64,000 nucleotides of DNA from Candidatus Hydrothermarchaeota archaeon (GTDB lineage: Archaea > CAYFZR01): contig JBHIEG010000007.1 of the NCBI GenBank assembly GCA_046760505.1, positions 1 to 64,000 of the forward strand, in the 5' to 3' direction. Shown here piece by piece: positions 1 to 9,055 of the stretch. The notes under the pieces are model-generated. The model was not told the DNA's origin. It searched no databases and saw only the letters and a list, made by a program, of their open reading frames with translations. The first letter of the stretch is position 1. The number at the start of each line of letters is the position of its first letter. A program made the translations under genes and the position numbers.

Positions 1-86
1 TGCAAGCCTGTAGCGGTAGTAGTACAACCGAAACCCATCAGCCCTAGTACTGCTGGGTTTGCCCAATCTGCCGCCGCTTCTGCCAT
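1..86 (-). CDS. satP: Acetate/succinate uptake transporter, GPR1/FUN34/YaaH (SatP) family; 5' part only, runs off the window edge
   Basis: Not in the ORF track. The minus strand from ATG at 86 reads MAEAAADWANPAVLGLMGFGCTTTATGL, matching the family N-terminal signature ANPAPLGLxGF. RBS GGAGGTGA at 98-91. Confidence 0.8.
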   Translation of the reverse strand, partial: MAEAAADWANPAVLGLMGFGCTTTATGL

Positions 87-174
87 TTTCTCACCTCCCT
101 AAAAGTTCTTACAACCCCCACCTTCTAACTGTAATGAACTATTGTTATAGTTCTTATAGGGGTTGATCATTTTC

Positions 175-190
175 ATATATTAAAGTTTCG
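175..190 (-). promoter_or_regulatory. Candidate archaeal BRE/TATA promoter for the satP-like gene
   Basis: Minus strand reads CGAAAC-TTTAATATAT, a purine-rich BRE followed by a TATA box, about 90 nt upstream of the ATG. Confidence 0.45.
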
Positions 191-428
191 GTTACCGGTT
201 ATATAGGATTTTGACGACTAACCCGATATTATTTTCATTTTACCCGTGAGGATAAAAATTAAAAAATGATCAAAACTTTTATATCCCAAACCTCAAAACT
301 ATAAAATCAACTTTTCAACTCTCAAATCGGTTTCATTCCTATTGGATCTACCGTAAATGTATGAACCCGGTCAGTGAGGAAAACAAAGTTTAACCCGAAT
401 TTTGAGGAAAAGGCAAAGGAGGAGGGAA

Positions 429-1127
429 ATGGAAGCGCTTATTCTCGCAGCGGGAGATGGGACTAGGATGGGGTTGTTTACCGCGAGAACTCCCAAAGTC
501 CTGCTTGAAGTAAACGGTGAGCCCATAATAGTCAAAACCTTAAATTCTCTCAAAAATATAGGTATATCGCGAGTAATCGTCGTGGTAGGCTATCTAGGCG
601 ATCGTATTATTAAATATCTGGGAGATGCATGGAAAGGTCTAAGAATAGACTACGCTTTAAGCGACTGGTATGGAGATGGAATTGTTAGATCAATTATCAA
701 GGCAAGAGATTACATAGACGAGAGTTTCTTGTTGCTTCTGGGAGATAACATATTTGAAGAGGAACTACTCAGGAACCTAGCAAATGCAAGCGGAGACTTC
801 ATTCTCCCGGTAGATAAAGACCTTTCAAGGGAAGGACTCAGAATAAGATATGATTTTGAGGGAAAAATTATAGAATGGGGAAACGAACTGATAGAATATA
901 ACGGTATAGCCATAGGCGCTTCTCTCTGTTCTCCTGTTGTTTTCGAGGCTTATGAAGAGGTCCTAAGAAACGATAAGGCAGATAGACTCGATTGTGTACC
1001 GTGGCTCTACGAAAATGGTTATTCTGTTAAGATTCTTGAAGTATACAACAAGAAATGGTTTGATGTAGATACGCTGGAAGACCTTTACCAGGCTAGGAGG
1101 ACTCAAGGGCTGAGAGGGACTTTATGA
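429..1127 (+). CDS. Sugar/polyol-phosphate nucleotidyltransferase (IPCT/LicC-like cytidylyltransferase)
   Basis: ILAAGDGTRM...PKVLL, LLLGD and C-terminal WFDVDTLEDL motifs; start moved to ATG 429, after the GGAGG RBS. Confidence 0.75.
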   Translation: MEALILAAGDGTRMGLFTARTPKVLLEVNGEPIIVKTLNSLKNIGISRVIVVVGYLGDRIIKYLGDAWKGLRIDYALSDWYGDGIVRSIIKARDYIDESFLLLLGDNIFEEELLRNLANASGDFILPVDKDLSREGLRIRYDFEGKIIEWGNELIEYNGIAIGASLCSPVVFEAYEEVLRNDKADRLDCVPWLYENGYSVKILEVYNKKWFDVDTLEDLYQARRTQGLRGTL

Positions 1128-2181
1128 ACGAGTAGAAGAGTAAAAGAACCACCGTTGTTTGGCAAATAGATATGAATAGCAGGGCAAGTTCCGGTTTCCT
1201 CAGGATGCACAAGAGTGCTGCCGTAAAAAATGAAAAATCTCTGTCCCAGGGTCTAATTTTAGGTCCGTCCAACGCTTTATAATACACTTTTTCCCATTTG
1301 AGATCTGTCTCTGCCCTGCAGTATTCTTTCAGGTAAAAACCCATGTTAAAGGAAAATGCGCCTAAGAATCCAAGTAATATGAGCAGGGGAGTATATAAAC
1401 GATTTAAACTTATATATGTTAGCGCTAAGATTAATGCCATTTCACCCACTCTATCGAAAAAGGAGTCTATGGTTGATCCCGTGAGAGACGTCTGACATCT
1501 AATCCTAGCGACTTTTCCATCTACACCATCCAGTAAAATACCCAGATAGAGGAGTGGCGAGCCGTATAGAAAATTTCCGGTGGCAAGAAGAAATGAAGCA
1601 AGTAGAATTATGCTCAGACTCATCAGGGTAATATGAGTCGGATTCAGTGGTGTACCGATAATGACTCTGGTAATCAACCGGGAAAATGGTAGGTTAAAGT
1701 ACCTTGTAAACTTAGAATAACTTGAAAAAGGAGATTTTAAATCAAATCTGGTTTCTACGGAAAAATCAAATATCGAATTCTCAAATTCTCTCTCTGCTGG
1801 TTTTTTTATTTCCTCACAGAAATAACCTTCAGTATCTATCCCCTCAAATTTCTCTAAGTTCATTTCTTTAAGAGGTCCTGTTATATCCTGCTTGGAAATC
1901 TTGAAGGCTGGCAATCTGTTGCCATTCTTCACCAGTATGGCAGATGTCCCTGCTTTTTTTAGTTTATCCAAAAGTCGATGATCCAAGAGAAGATTTGCTT
2001 TTACCAAAACAAACGTCTCTTCTTCGATATTTTTTAATTCTTTATCAAATGTAGATTGATCTAGAAACATTGGGTCTAGATTTGCGCTTTTTGCTATCCA
2101 TTTTAATCTATCTTTCCATTTCACCCCCCAATGAGTATGGGTCATTTCTTTTTCGTCCTCATAAAAAAAGATGCATTTCAT
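1093..2181 (-). CDS. CDP-alcohol phosphatidyltransferase family protein (DIPPS-like) with a soluble N-terminal domain
   Basis: Signature DGVDGKVAR-x7-G-x3-D-x3-D (LDGVDGKVARIRCQTSLTGSTIDSFFDR), PNxIT-like PTHIT motif and several TM helices. Confidence 0.8.
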   Translation of the reverse strand: MKCIFFYEDEKEMTHTHWGVKWKDRLKWIAKSANLDPMFLDQSTFDKELKNIEEETFVLVKANLLLDHRLLDKLKKAGTSAILVKNGNRLPAFKISKQDITGPLKEMNLEKFEGIDTEGYFCEEIKKPAEREFENSIFDFSVETRFDLKSPFSSYSKFTRYFNLPFSRLITRVIIGTPLNPTHITLMSLSIILLASFLLATGNFLYGSPLLYLGILLDGVDGKVARIRCQTSLTGSTIDSFFDRVGEMALILALTYISLNRLYTPLLILLGFLGAFSFNMGFYLKEYCRAETDLKWEKVYYKALDGPKIRPWDRDFSFFTAALLCILRKPELALLFISICQTTVVLLLFYSFIKSLSALESS

Positions 2182-2185
2182 TGTT

Positions 2186-3169
2186 TCACCTGAAATGATT
2201 GTCTACAAGTTCTTTAAGATCGTTATAAGACCTTTTAATCCATTCTATAAAGTCTAATTCCCCATATGTATGCATAAAAGAATCAGGACCTGATTCAAGT
2301 ATGAAAGAGCCCCGGTATCCTTTTCTCGCCAATACCCTGATGAAATCTTCTACCGGAGTCACTCCGAATCCAACTGGTAAGTGTAAATCTCCTTTTTTAT
2401 CCTTATAGTCCTTTCTTTCGTCTAAAGCACCCGATAAACCATAATTTGAATGTACATGAACATGAATGCACATGTCAGCAAATTCTCCAATGAATTTTTC
2501 ATAGGGGATCTTCATTAGAGTATGAGTTATGGTAGCATGCCCGAAGTCCCATACAGTTCCAACGTATGGGGAATCGAGACCCTTTATAATCTCGAGTATT
2601 TCCTCAGGCAGGGTACCTATCCTCTTTACGCCTATTTTTGGTGGCATATTCTCTACACCGACTAAAAGGGGCATATCATACTTTTCAACCATCGCGATTG
2701 CATCTTTTAAGCTTGCGTAAATCCTTGAAATCAATTTTTCTTCTACTCTGACTTCCCAGTCATGCCTTACTTTATGACTTGGATGAACGATTGCTACCGG
2801 TGAATCAATTTCCACGCAAATTTCAAATCCAGCATCTAATATGTCTATAATCCTCTCGTGAGGTTTTCCATAATTTTCATCCAAATAAACAGGCGCATAA
2901 CCTGGATATGGGGAGTGGTAGATGTAACAAAAGTCGAATGAACTAAGGGTATCAAGAACGTTTCTCTTCATCTCTTTATTCAAGTTACCCATGGTGTCAA
3001 ATATTTTAAGATTAACTGCTTGAAACTCAACTACTTTTACTTTAGCCTGAGAATAAAGTTCTAGAACCTGTTCCAGACTCAAATTGTAGGGATCCGATAG
3101 CCACCCCTTAGATACATTCATTCCGCATTCGTTACATAATCTCCTAGTTAAGTATTGATCCAAGGCCAT
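2186..3169 (-). CDS. Sugar-phosphate isomerase/epimerase, xylose-isomerase-like (AP endonuclease 2) TIM barrel
   Basis: GVENMP, WDFGHA, HVHVH, DLHLP and ILE metal-binding motifs. Confidence 0.7.
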   Translation of the reverse strand: MALDQYLTRRLCNECGMNVSKGWLSDPYNLSLEQVLELYSQAKVKVVEFQAVNLKIFDTMGNLNKEMKRNVLDTLSSFDFCYIYHSPYPGYAPVYLDENYGKPHERIIDILDAGFEICVEIDSPVAIVHPSHKVRHDWEVRVEEKLISRIYASLKDAIAMVEKYDMPLLVGVENMPPKIGVKRIGTLPEEILEIIKGLDSPYVGTVWDFGHATITHTLMKIPYEKFIGEFADMCIHVHVHSNYGLSGALDERKDYKDKKGDLHLPVGFGVTPVEDFIRVLARKGYRGSFILESGPDSFMHTYGELDFIEWIKRSYNDLKELVDNHFR

Positions 3170-3332
3170 TGTAACGTTATATTCTTGAGATGAATTATAA
3201 AATCTTATTGTTTTGAAATAGCAATTAGATCTAAGTTCATAAGGGACGTTACGTGTAATTTATATTAAAAGAAATCACATTATTAAACAACATATTATTC
3301 AGATACCAACTACCAACCAAAGAGGTGGTAAT

Positions 3333-3869
3333 TTGAGCAAATTTTCTCATTTAATCGTATGGCTATGCTTATTGACTTTCACAATAAGTGTTACATTCTC
3401 TGAGGAGTTCTATCCTCTATCTGTATACAAGAAGTATGAGGGTAAAACGCTTAACGGCCTCTACATAAGATATGTAACGAAGGATGGAGTTGGGATAAGG
3501 GATAACTTCGACAGACTATGGAGTTTTAATCCTGAGACCTTTCCGACTTGCTGTTCCTACAACAAATTAAGGAGATATGTCTGGAGGTTGGAGAACGGAA
3601 TCAGCATGCAGGAATACGGTTACCTTAAATTCAACTATACTGAACTGGAGCTGGATCCGCTATCAGTTTATAAAAGACATGAAGGAGAAAATATTAATGG
3701 AATAACAATATTATTCGTAACAAAAGATGGAGTAACTGTAAAAGATGAAGAAGGCAATTATTACGGGTTTAATCCTGAATATTTGCCTAAATGCGCCTGT
3801 TTTTCTGGTAAACTAAACGACGTGATCCGAAGATTGACCAGGGGACTCGAAATTCTGGAGGGTTACTGA
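3333..3869 (+). CDS. Hypothetical secreted protein with two tandem ~75-aa repeats
   Basis: Hydrophobic N-terminal signal-like segment; PLSVYK.EG..NG..I..VTKDGV...FNPE..P.C occurs twice; GAGGTGG RBS. Confidence 0.65.
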   Translation: MSKFSHLIVWLCLLTFTISVTFSEEFYPLSVYKKYEGKTLNGLYIRYVTKDGVGIRDNFDRLWSFNPETFPTCCSYNKLRRYVWRLENGISMQEYGYLKFNYTELELDPLSVYKRHEGENINGITILFVTKDGVTVKDEEGNYYGFNPEYLPKCACFSGKLNDVIRRLTRGLEILEGY

Positions 3870-4225
3870 TGGAAGTTAAGAGGATAAAGATAATTCATAA
3901 AGACTTTGAAGTATTTGCCGAGCTTACAGATGAAAATCCCAAGACAGTCGAGTTATTACTGGAAAAATTACCCTTGGAAGGCTCTGCTAAGCTCTGGAAG
4001 GAAGAGGTTTATTTTGAAATACCGCTAGAATATGTTCCTGAAAATCCCTCTAGCACTACAAAAAAAGGAGATATAGCCTATTGGCCACCAGGAAAAGCCT
4101 TTTGCATATTCTTTGGTGAGTCTCAGCCTTACAGCGAAGTTAACATACTGGGAACCATAAGGGAGGGAGTGGAAAAACTATCTAGCGTTAGGGAAGGAGA
4201 TACCATAAGAATTGAAAAATTATAG
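3869..4225 (+). CDS. Cyclophilin-like fold protein (DUF369-type)
   Basis: NPKT..LP, W.EEVYF and GDIAYWPPGKAFCIFFG motifs; start overlaps the upstream stop (TGATG). Confidence 0.8.
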   Translation: MEVKRIKIIHKDFEVFAELTDENPKTVELLLEKLPLEGSAKLWKEEVYFEIPLEYVPENPSSTTKKGDIAYWPPGKAFCIFFGESQPYSEVNILGTIREGVEKLSSVREGDTIRIEKL

Positions 4226-4347
4226 TTTGATGCAAGTTTTCTTAATCACTCAAACCATTCAGTTTACAATTCTAAAATTTACTGCACAAAAAATTAACAT
4301 TTTTAACCAAAGAAATTTGAATAGGGTATTCGTGGTTTGGGGAGAAC

Positions 4348-4357
4348 TATATATAAA
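4348..4357 (+). promoter_or_regulatory. TATA box of a probably leaderless nrdJ transcript
   Basis: TATATATAAA ends 23 nt before ATG 4380; no RBS visible. Confidence 0.45.
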
Positions 4358-4379
4358 TGAGATATGTTAAATCTTATAC

Positions 4380-6194
4380 ATGGAGAAGGTGCAGCCTAAT
4401 ATCGAATTATCTGATAACGCGATAAAAGTACTGAGAAGGCGGTATCTGAAAAAGGACGAAAAGGGTAATGTGATCGAAACACCCGAAGAAATGTTTAGGA
4501 GAGTAGCCCGCAATATTGCTTCCACCGATGAAAAATATGGTGAGGACCCTAAAAAGTCTGAGGAAGATTTTTATAGAATAATGGCAAATCTCGAGTTCCT
4601 GCCCAATTCTCCCACCCTCATGAATGCAGAAACAGAACTTCAACAACTTGCAGCCTGTTTTGTCCTACCGGTAGAGGATTCGATAGAAGGAATTTTTGAA
4701 ACTTTAAAAAACGCAGCCCTTATACATCAAAGCGGTGGCGGAACCGGATTTTCTTTTTCTAAATTGAGACCAAAAGGAGATATTGTTAAGTCAACAGGCG
4801 GCATAGCTTCGGGTCCAGTATCATTCATGAAAGTTTTTGATGCAGCGACTCAGGCAATAAAACAGGGAGGAAAGCGTAGAGGAGCAAACATGGGGGTGCT
4901 CAGAGTAGATCACCCAGACATAATGGAATTCATAACCGTAAAGAAAGATCCCAGAGTTTTGACCAACTTCAATATATCTGTAGCGGTTACTGAGGAATTT
5001 ATGGAAGCCCTAAAGAAAGGAGAAAAATACAACCTGATTAACCCAAGAACCAAAGAAATCGTAGATAGAATAAATGCAGAGGAAGTTTTTGATTTGATTG
5101 TAGAAATGGCCTGGAGTACTGGCGATCCCGGAATAATATTCTTGGATAGAATAAACAAGGACAATCCTACACCTCAGCTGGGAGAAATAGAGGCTACAAA
5201 TCCCTGCGGGGAGCAGCCCCTGCTACCATATGAGGCTTGTAACCTTGGATCTATAAATCTTTCCAAAATGGTAAAGAATGGGGAAATAGACTTTGAAAAA
5301 TTGGGTGAAATTGTAGATATTGCAGTAAAATTTTTGGATAACGTCATAGACAAGAATAAATTCCCATTAAAAAAAATAGAAGAGATGGTAAAAGGAAACA
5401 GGAAGATAGGTTTGGGTGTTATGGGATTCGCTGATATGCTGGTAAAACTGGGGATTTCGTATAACTCGGAGGAAGCACTTAAGATCGCTGAAAAGGTCAT
5501 GAAATTCATTTCAGAAAGGGCAAAAAGAAAATCAATGGAAATTGCAAGGAAAAGAGGACCCTTTCCTAATTATGAAGAGAGCGTGAAATATAATCCACGT
5601 ATCGAAAAGGTAAGAAATGCCACTAGGACAACGATTGCTCCCACGGGGACGATAAGCATAATAGCAGGTTGTTCGAGCGGCATAGAGCCTTTTTATGCCA
5701 TATCTTATGTGAGAAAGGTTCTTGATGATGAAAAACTATATGAAGTCAATCGACTCTTTGAAGAAATCGCTAAAAAAAGAGGGTTCTACAGCGAGGAACT
5801 GATGACAAAAATCGCAGAAAAAGGATCGGTCCAAGGGATGAACGAGGTACCGGAAGATGTTCAAGAACTATTTGTTACCGCCTATGATATTTCTCCGGAA
5901 TGGCAGGTAAAGATGCAGGCAGCATTCCAAAAATATGTGGACAATGCGGTGTCAAAGACCGTGAACTTGCCGCAAGAAGCAACTAAAGAAGATGTGAGAA
6001 GGGTTTTCCTGCTTGCATATGAACTAGGATGTAAAGGTATAACCGTTTACAGAAACAAGAGCAAAGAGGAGCAGACTCTATCAATAGAGGAAAAAGTACC
6101 GGTAGAAGAGTGTCCGGACTGCGGTGAAGAACTCAAGTTCATTGAGAGAGCAGATGTCTGCATAAGATGCGGTTACACAACATCCGTGAGTTGA
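4380..6194 (+). CDS. nrdJ: Adenosylcobalamin-dependent (class II) ribonucleotide reductase
   Basis: FLPNSPTLMNA, AACFV, TNPCGEQ, ACNLGS and TIAPTGT motifs; C-terminal CxxC...CxxC ribbon; no intein. Confidence 0.92.
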   Translation: MEKVQPNIELSDNAIKVLRRRYLKKDEKGNVIETPEEMFRRVARNIASTDEKYGEDPKKSEEDFYRIMANLEFLPNSPTLMNAETELQQLAACFVLPVEDSIEGIFETLKNAALIHQSGGGTGFSFSKLRPKGDIVKSTGGIASGPVSFMKVFDAATQAIKQGGKRRGANMGVLRVDHPDIMEFITVKKDPRVLTNFNISVAVTEEFMEALKKGEKYNLINPRTKEIVDRINAEEVFDLIVEMAWSTGDPGIIFLDRINKDNPTPQLGEIEATNPCGEQPLLPYEACNLGSINLSKMVKNGEIDFEKLGEIVDIAVKFLDNVIDKNKFPLKKIEEMVKGNRKIGLGVMGFADMLVKLGISYNSEEALKIAEKVMKFISERAKRKSMEIARKRGPFPNYEESVKYNPRIEKVRNATRTTIAPTGTISIIAGCSSGIEPFYAISYVRKVLDDEKLYEVNRLFEEIAKKRGFYSEELMTKIAEKGSVQGMNEVPEDVQELFVTAYDISPEWQVKMQAAFQKYVDNAVSKTVNLPQEATKEDVRRVFLLAYELGCKGITVYRNKSKEEQTLSIEEKVPVEECPDCGEELKFIERADVCIRCGYTTSVS

Positions 6195-6224
6195 TTTCAT
6201 TTAATTGACGAATATTATTGAGAA

Positions 6225-7991
6225 TCAAACTCTAAAAGAATCCAACTCCCTTGGAGCCTCCACGTGGAGGTCTGGAAGTCTATTTTTAATCAACTTACGT
6301 AGCTGAAGAGTATTTTCTTCCTCTCCGTGCACCACAAATATGTTTTCAGGTTTTTTGGAAAGAGAATTTAGGAAATTCATTATCTGCGGTCTGTCGGAGT
6401 GTGCACTAAAAGTATATGATTTTACCTCCATATCCAACTTCAATTCCTCGCCATTCAATTCTATGATTTTTTTTCCATCCAGTATTTCTCTACCCAGTGT
6501 TCCTTGGGCTTGGTACCCCACAAGTATCAGCAGGTTTCTTCTATCGTTGTGCAGTCTTTTAAGATGATGTATCACGGGTCCACCTTTCATCATCCCTGAT
6601 GTAGCAAGTATAATCGCTGGTTCCTCTATACTTTCCCTTCTTTTTGGCGTGATTACATGGAATATATCTGACAAAAATGGATTATCTTTAGTTTCATCAA
6701 TTCTTCTTCTTATACTGGAACGAAGAAAGTCAGAATAATGGGTATATATAAGGTTAGCCTCCCTAACCATACCGTCCACATAAACAGGGTATCTTTTTAG
6801 CGCACCGGATCTCATGTACTCTTCCAGAACAAGCATTATCTCTTGGGCTCTTCCTACGGCTGCTACTGGAATCAAGACGCTACCTCCCCTTTCCATGCAT
6901 TGTCGTACAGATTTTATGAAATCAGATTCTACACCTTTCCTTGATGGATGAAGATCTTCTTTTCCACCGTAAGTAGATTCTATGATTAAGGTGTCAGCAT
7001 GTATTTTTTTTCTGGATATATCAAGCAGTCTTGTCTTCCTATAACTGAAATCACCCGTGTACAGTAATTTATAGTCATTGAGAGAAAGATGAATCAGAGA
7101 AGATCCAAGAATGTGTCCTGCGCTGTACAAGGTTAATTTCACATTTGGAGACGCCATTACGCTCCTTTCATACTCGAGAGGTATTGCGTGTTTTATGGAA
7201 AGTTCTATTCCTTTTTTTGAGAACAATGATTTAGAATTTCTTTTGCTCAGTCTTAGTGTATCGTTCCATAACAAATACATCACATCAAGGGAGGGTCTAG
7301 TGCAAATTAAGGCTCCTTCAAAGCCGTTTTCGTAAAGATATGGAACAGCCCCGCAATGGTCCAGATGTGCATGAGAAACAACGATTGAGTGTAATTTATC
7401 GATTTCAAATTCAGGTAAATCAAATGCCGGTAGAAGGGGTGGAGACTGTGATGCATCAATGCCGCAATCAAGGAGTATGCCATCGGAGTTTGTGTGAAAA
7501 AGAAAGCATGACTTTCCTACCTGTCTGCAACCTCCAAGGAATGATATACGCTTCCACTTTGCTTCTCCTTTTTCTCTCAACTTTTCACCTATTTTTCTCA
7601 GATGCTCTAGTCTTTCTCCATAGAGTATCTTGTTTACATTTCTGGTTGCTTGACACAGTTTTCCTCGAGTTTCCATGAACTCGAATACCCAACCGGTCTT
7701 TTTCATCAGGATTTCCTTTGTTAATTCTACATTTGCCAAAAAATAATTTGACTCCAGTTCTACAAGAACTACCCCAAAATCTGAGAAAATGATATTCTGT
7801 ATCCCCCTTGGAAAAACTTCCTTCAGTAAATCTTTAACTTCATCTTTTTTTGCCCGATTTTTTTCATCTACCCTGATCAATACTTCTTCTCCATGTTTTT
7901 CTCTTAGTTCTTCCCTTAAATTAGGATCAAATAGTTGATCTATTTCAGCGGCGAAGTAAACCAAATCAGTACCTAGCGCTTCAGCCTCCAT
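6225..7991 (-). CDS. Beta-CASP metallo-beta-lactamase ribonuclease, aCPSF1/FttA-like, with a degenerate KH region
   Basis: LLDCG, SHAHLDHCG, AGHILGS, TGD, ESTYG, VGRAQE, FSAHSD and VHGE motifs; C-terminal APRELDSFRV. Confidence 0.85.
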   Translation of the reverse strand: MEAEALGTDLVYFAAEIDQLFDPNLREELREKHGEEVLIRVDEKNRAKKDEVKDLLKEVFPRGIQNIIFSDFGVVLVELESNYFLANVELTKEILMKKTGWVFEFMETRGKLCQATRNVNKILYGERLEHLRKIGEKLREKGEAKWKRISFLGGCRQVGKSCFLFHTNSDGILLDCGIDASQSPPLLPAFDLPEFEIDKLHSIVVSHAHLDHCGAVPYLYENGFEGALICTRPSLDVMYLLWNDTLRLSKRNSKSLFSKKGIELSIKHAIPLEYERSVMASPNVKLTLYSAGHILGSSLIHLSLNDYKLLYTGDFSYRKTRLLDISRKKIHADTLIIESTYGGKEDLHPSRKGVESDFIKSVRQCMERGGSVLIPVAAVGRAQEIMLVLEEYMRSGALKRYPVYVDGMVREANLIYTHYSDFLRSSIRRRIDETKDNPFLSDIFHVITPKRRESIEEPAIILATSGMMKGGPVIHHLKRLHNDRRNLLILVGYQAQGTLGREILDGKKIIELNGEELKLDMEVKSYTFSAHSDRPQIMNFLNSLSKKPENIFVVHGEEENTLQLRKLIKNRLPDLHVEAPRELDSFRV

Positions 7992-8001
7992 TTTATTCCT
8001 C

Positions 8002-8397
8002 CTAGAAGGAGAGGCTAAAAATACCTCTCTTAAAGAAATGGTATAAATAGAACAAAACGATCATTATTATTACCGCAATAGCCATCAAAGAGAGCCAGTA
8101 TGCTCTTTTATACTTTGGATATCTTATCTCCTTATAGATATAGGGTGGTCGGTAAACTTCTCTCTTTTTCTCAAGAAACAAAATTTTGGTATCTCTTTTA
8201 TTTCTTTCCAAGCTTGCTATAAAATAGTCCCTGGACCTTATTCTGGCACGTTCTCCGCTTTGCCTGTCTATTAGTAATATATCATTGTATCCTCTCACAA
8301 TGGAAATATGTTCAGGAATAGAGACATTTATCTCTATTTTTTCCTTTTTTTCCGTTATTTTTTGCTCTATCTCTTCTTTAATGCTTTTTAATTCCAT
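8002..8397 (-). CDS. Hypothetical protein with a C-terminal membrane anchor
   Basis: Open ORF in an operon-like run; one hydrophobic helix near the C-terminus. Confidence 0.6.
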   Translation of the reverse strand: MELKSIKEEIEQKITEKKEKIEINVSIPEHISIVRGYNDILLIDRQSGERARIRSRDYFIASLERNKRDTKILFLEKKREVYRPPYIYKEIRYPKYKRAYWLSLMAIAVIIMIVLFYLYHFFKRGIFSLSF

Positions 8398-8406
8398 ATT
8401 AATCTC

Positions 8407-8997
8407 TCAATTCTTTTGACATAAGACTTGAGTCTGTAAAGGACCGGATCTTTTATCGATTATCTCAAATCCATTATTTTCTATATGATTAATTATCTCT
8501 TTTTCATCGTACATATAAAACCTAATTCCCCACATGAACCTCGGCAGGTTTAGAATACTCTTTTGGGAGAAGGATAACAAAACCTTTCCATCCCTTTTCA
8601 GGATCCTGCAAATTTCTTTAAGTAAAATTTCCTTTTCTTTGATGTACTCTAGGACGCCTATCATTGAGACAAAATTAAAACTCTCGTCCTTGAATGGTAA
8701 AGTTAAGGCGTTTGCTCTGACAAATTCAGCATCTAAATTCTTTTCCTTAGCGATTTTTATCATCCTTTGAGATATATCGATTCCATAGAGTTTGTTTTCC
8801 TTCTCTTGAGGTAGATTCTTGTACAAGGAGAGGATCGTTCCGGTGCCGCATCCAATATCCAGTATTCTTGCGCCCTTTAGGTCCATAGAAGATAGAATAT
8901 GTTTAAAAATATTTAATTCCCCTTCTCTGATGTTTCTGAAAGGAGGCATTTTGAATAGTCCATCATGAATCAATGCCTTAATATCCCATACACTCAA
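8407..8997 (-). CDS. Class I SAM-dependent methyltransferase (UbiE/Methyltransf_11-like)
   Basis: ILDIGCGTG, GIDIS..MI, LPF.D.SF and RILK..G motifs. Confidence 0.85.
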   Translation of the reverse strand: MSVWDIKALIHDGLFKMPPFRNIREGELNIFKHILSSMDLKGARILDIGCGTGTILSLYKNLPQEKENKLYGIDISQRMIKIAKEKNLDAEFVRANALTLPFKDESFNFVSMIGVLEYIKEKEILLKEICRILKRDGKVLLSFSQKSILNLPRFMWGIRFYMYDEKEIINHIENNGFEIIDKRSGPLQTQVLCQKN

Positions 8998-9055
8998 AAC
9001 AACACCAAAGATAGATTTAATATGAGTTATTTAAAGATACTCTCGAGGTTTCAAA

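Noticed and set aside
4380-6194. Intein in the ribonucleotide reductase
   Set aside because: Motifs are contiguous at the usual insertion sites and the 604-aa length leaves no room
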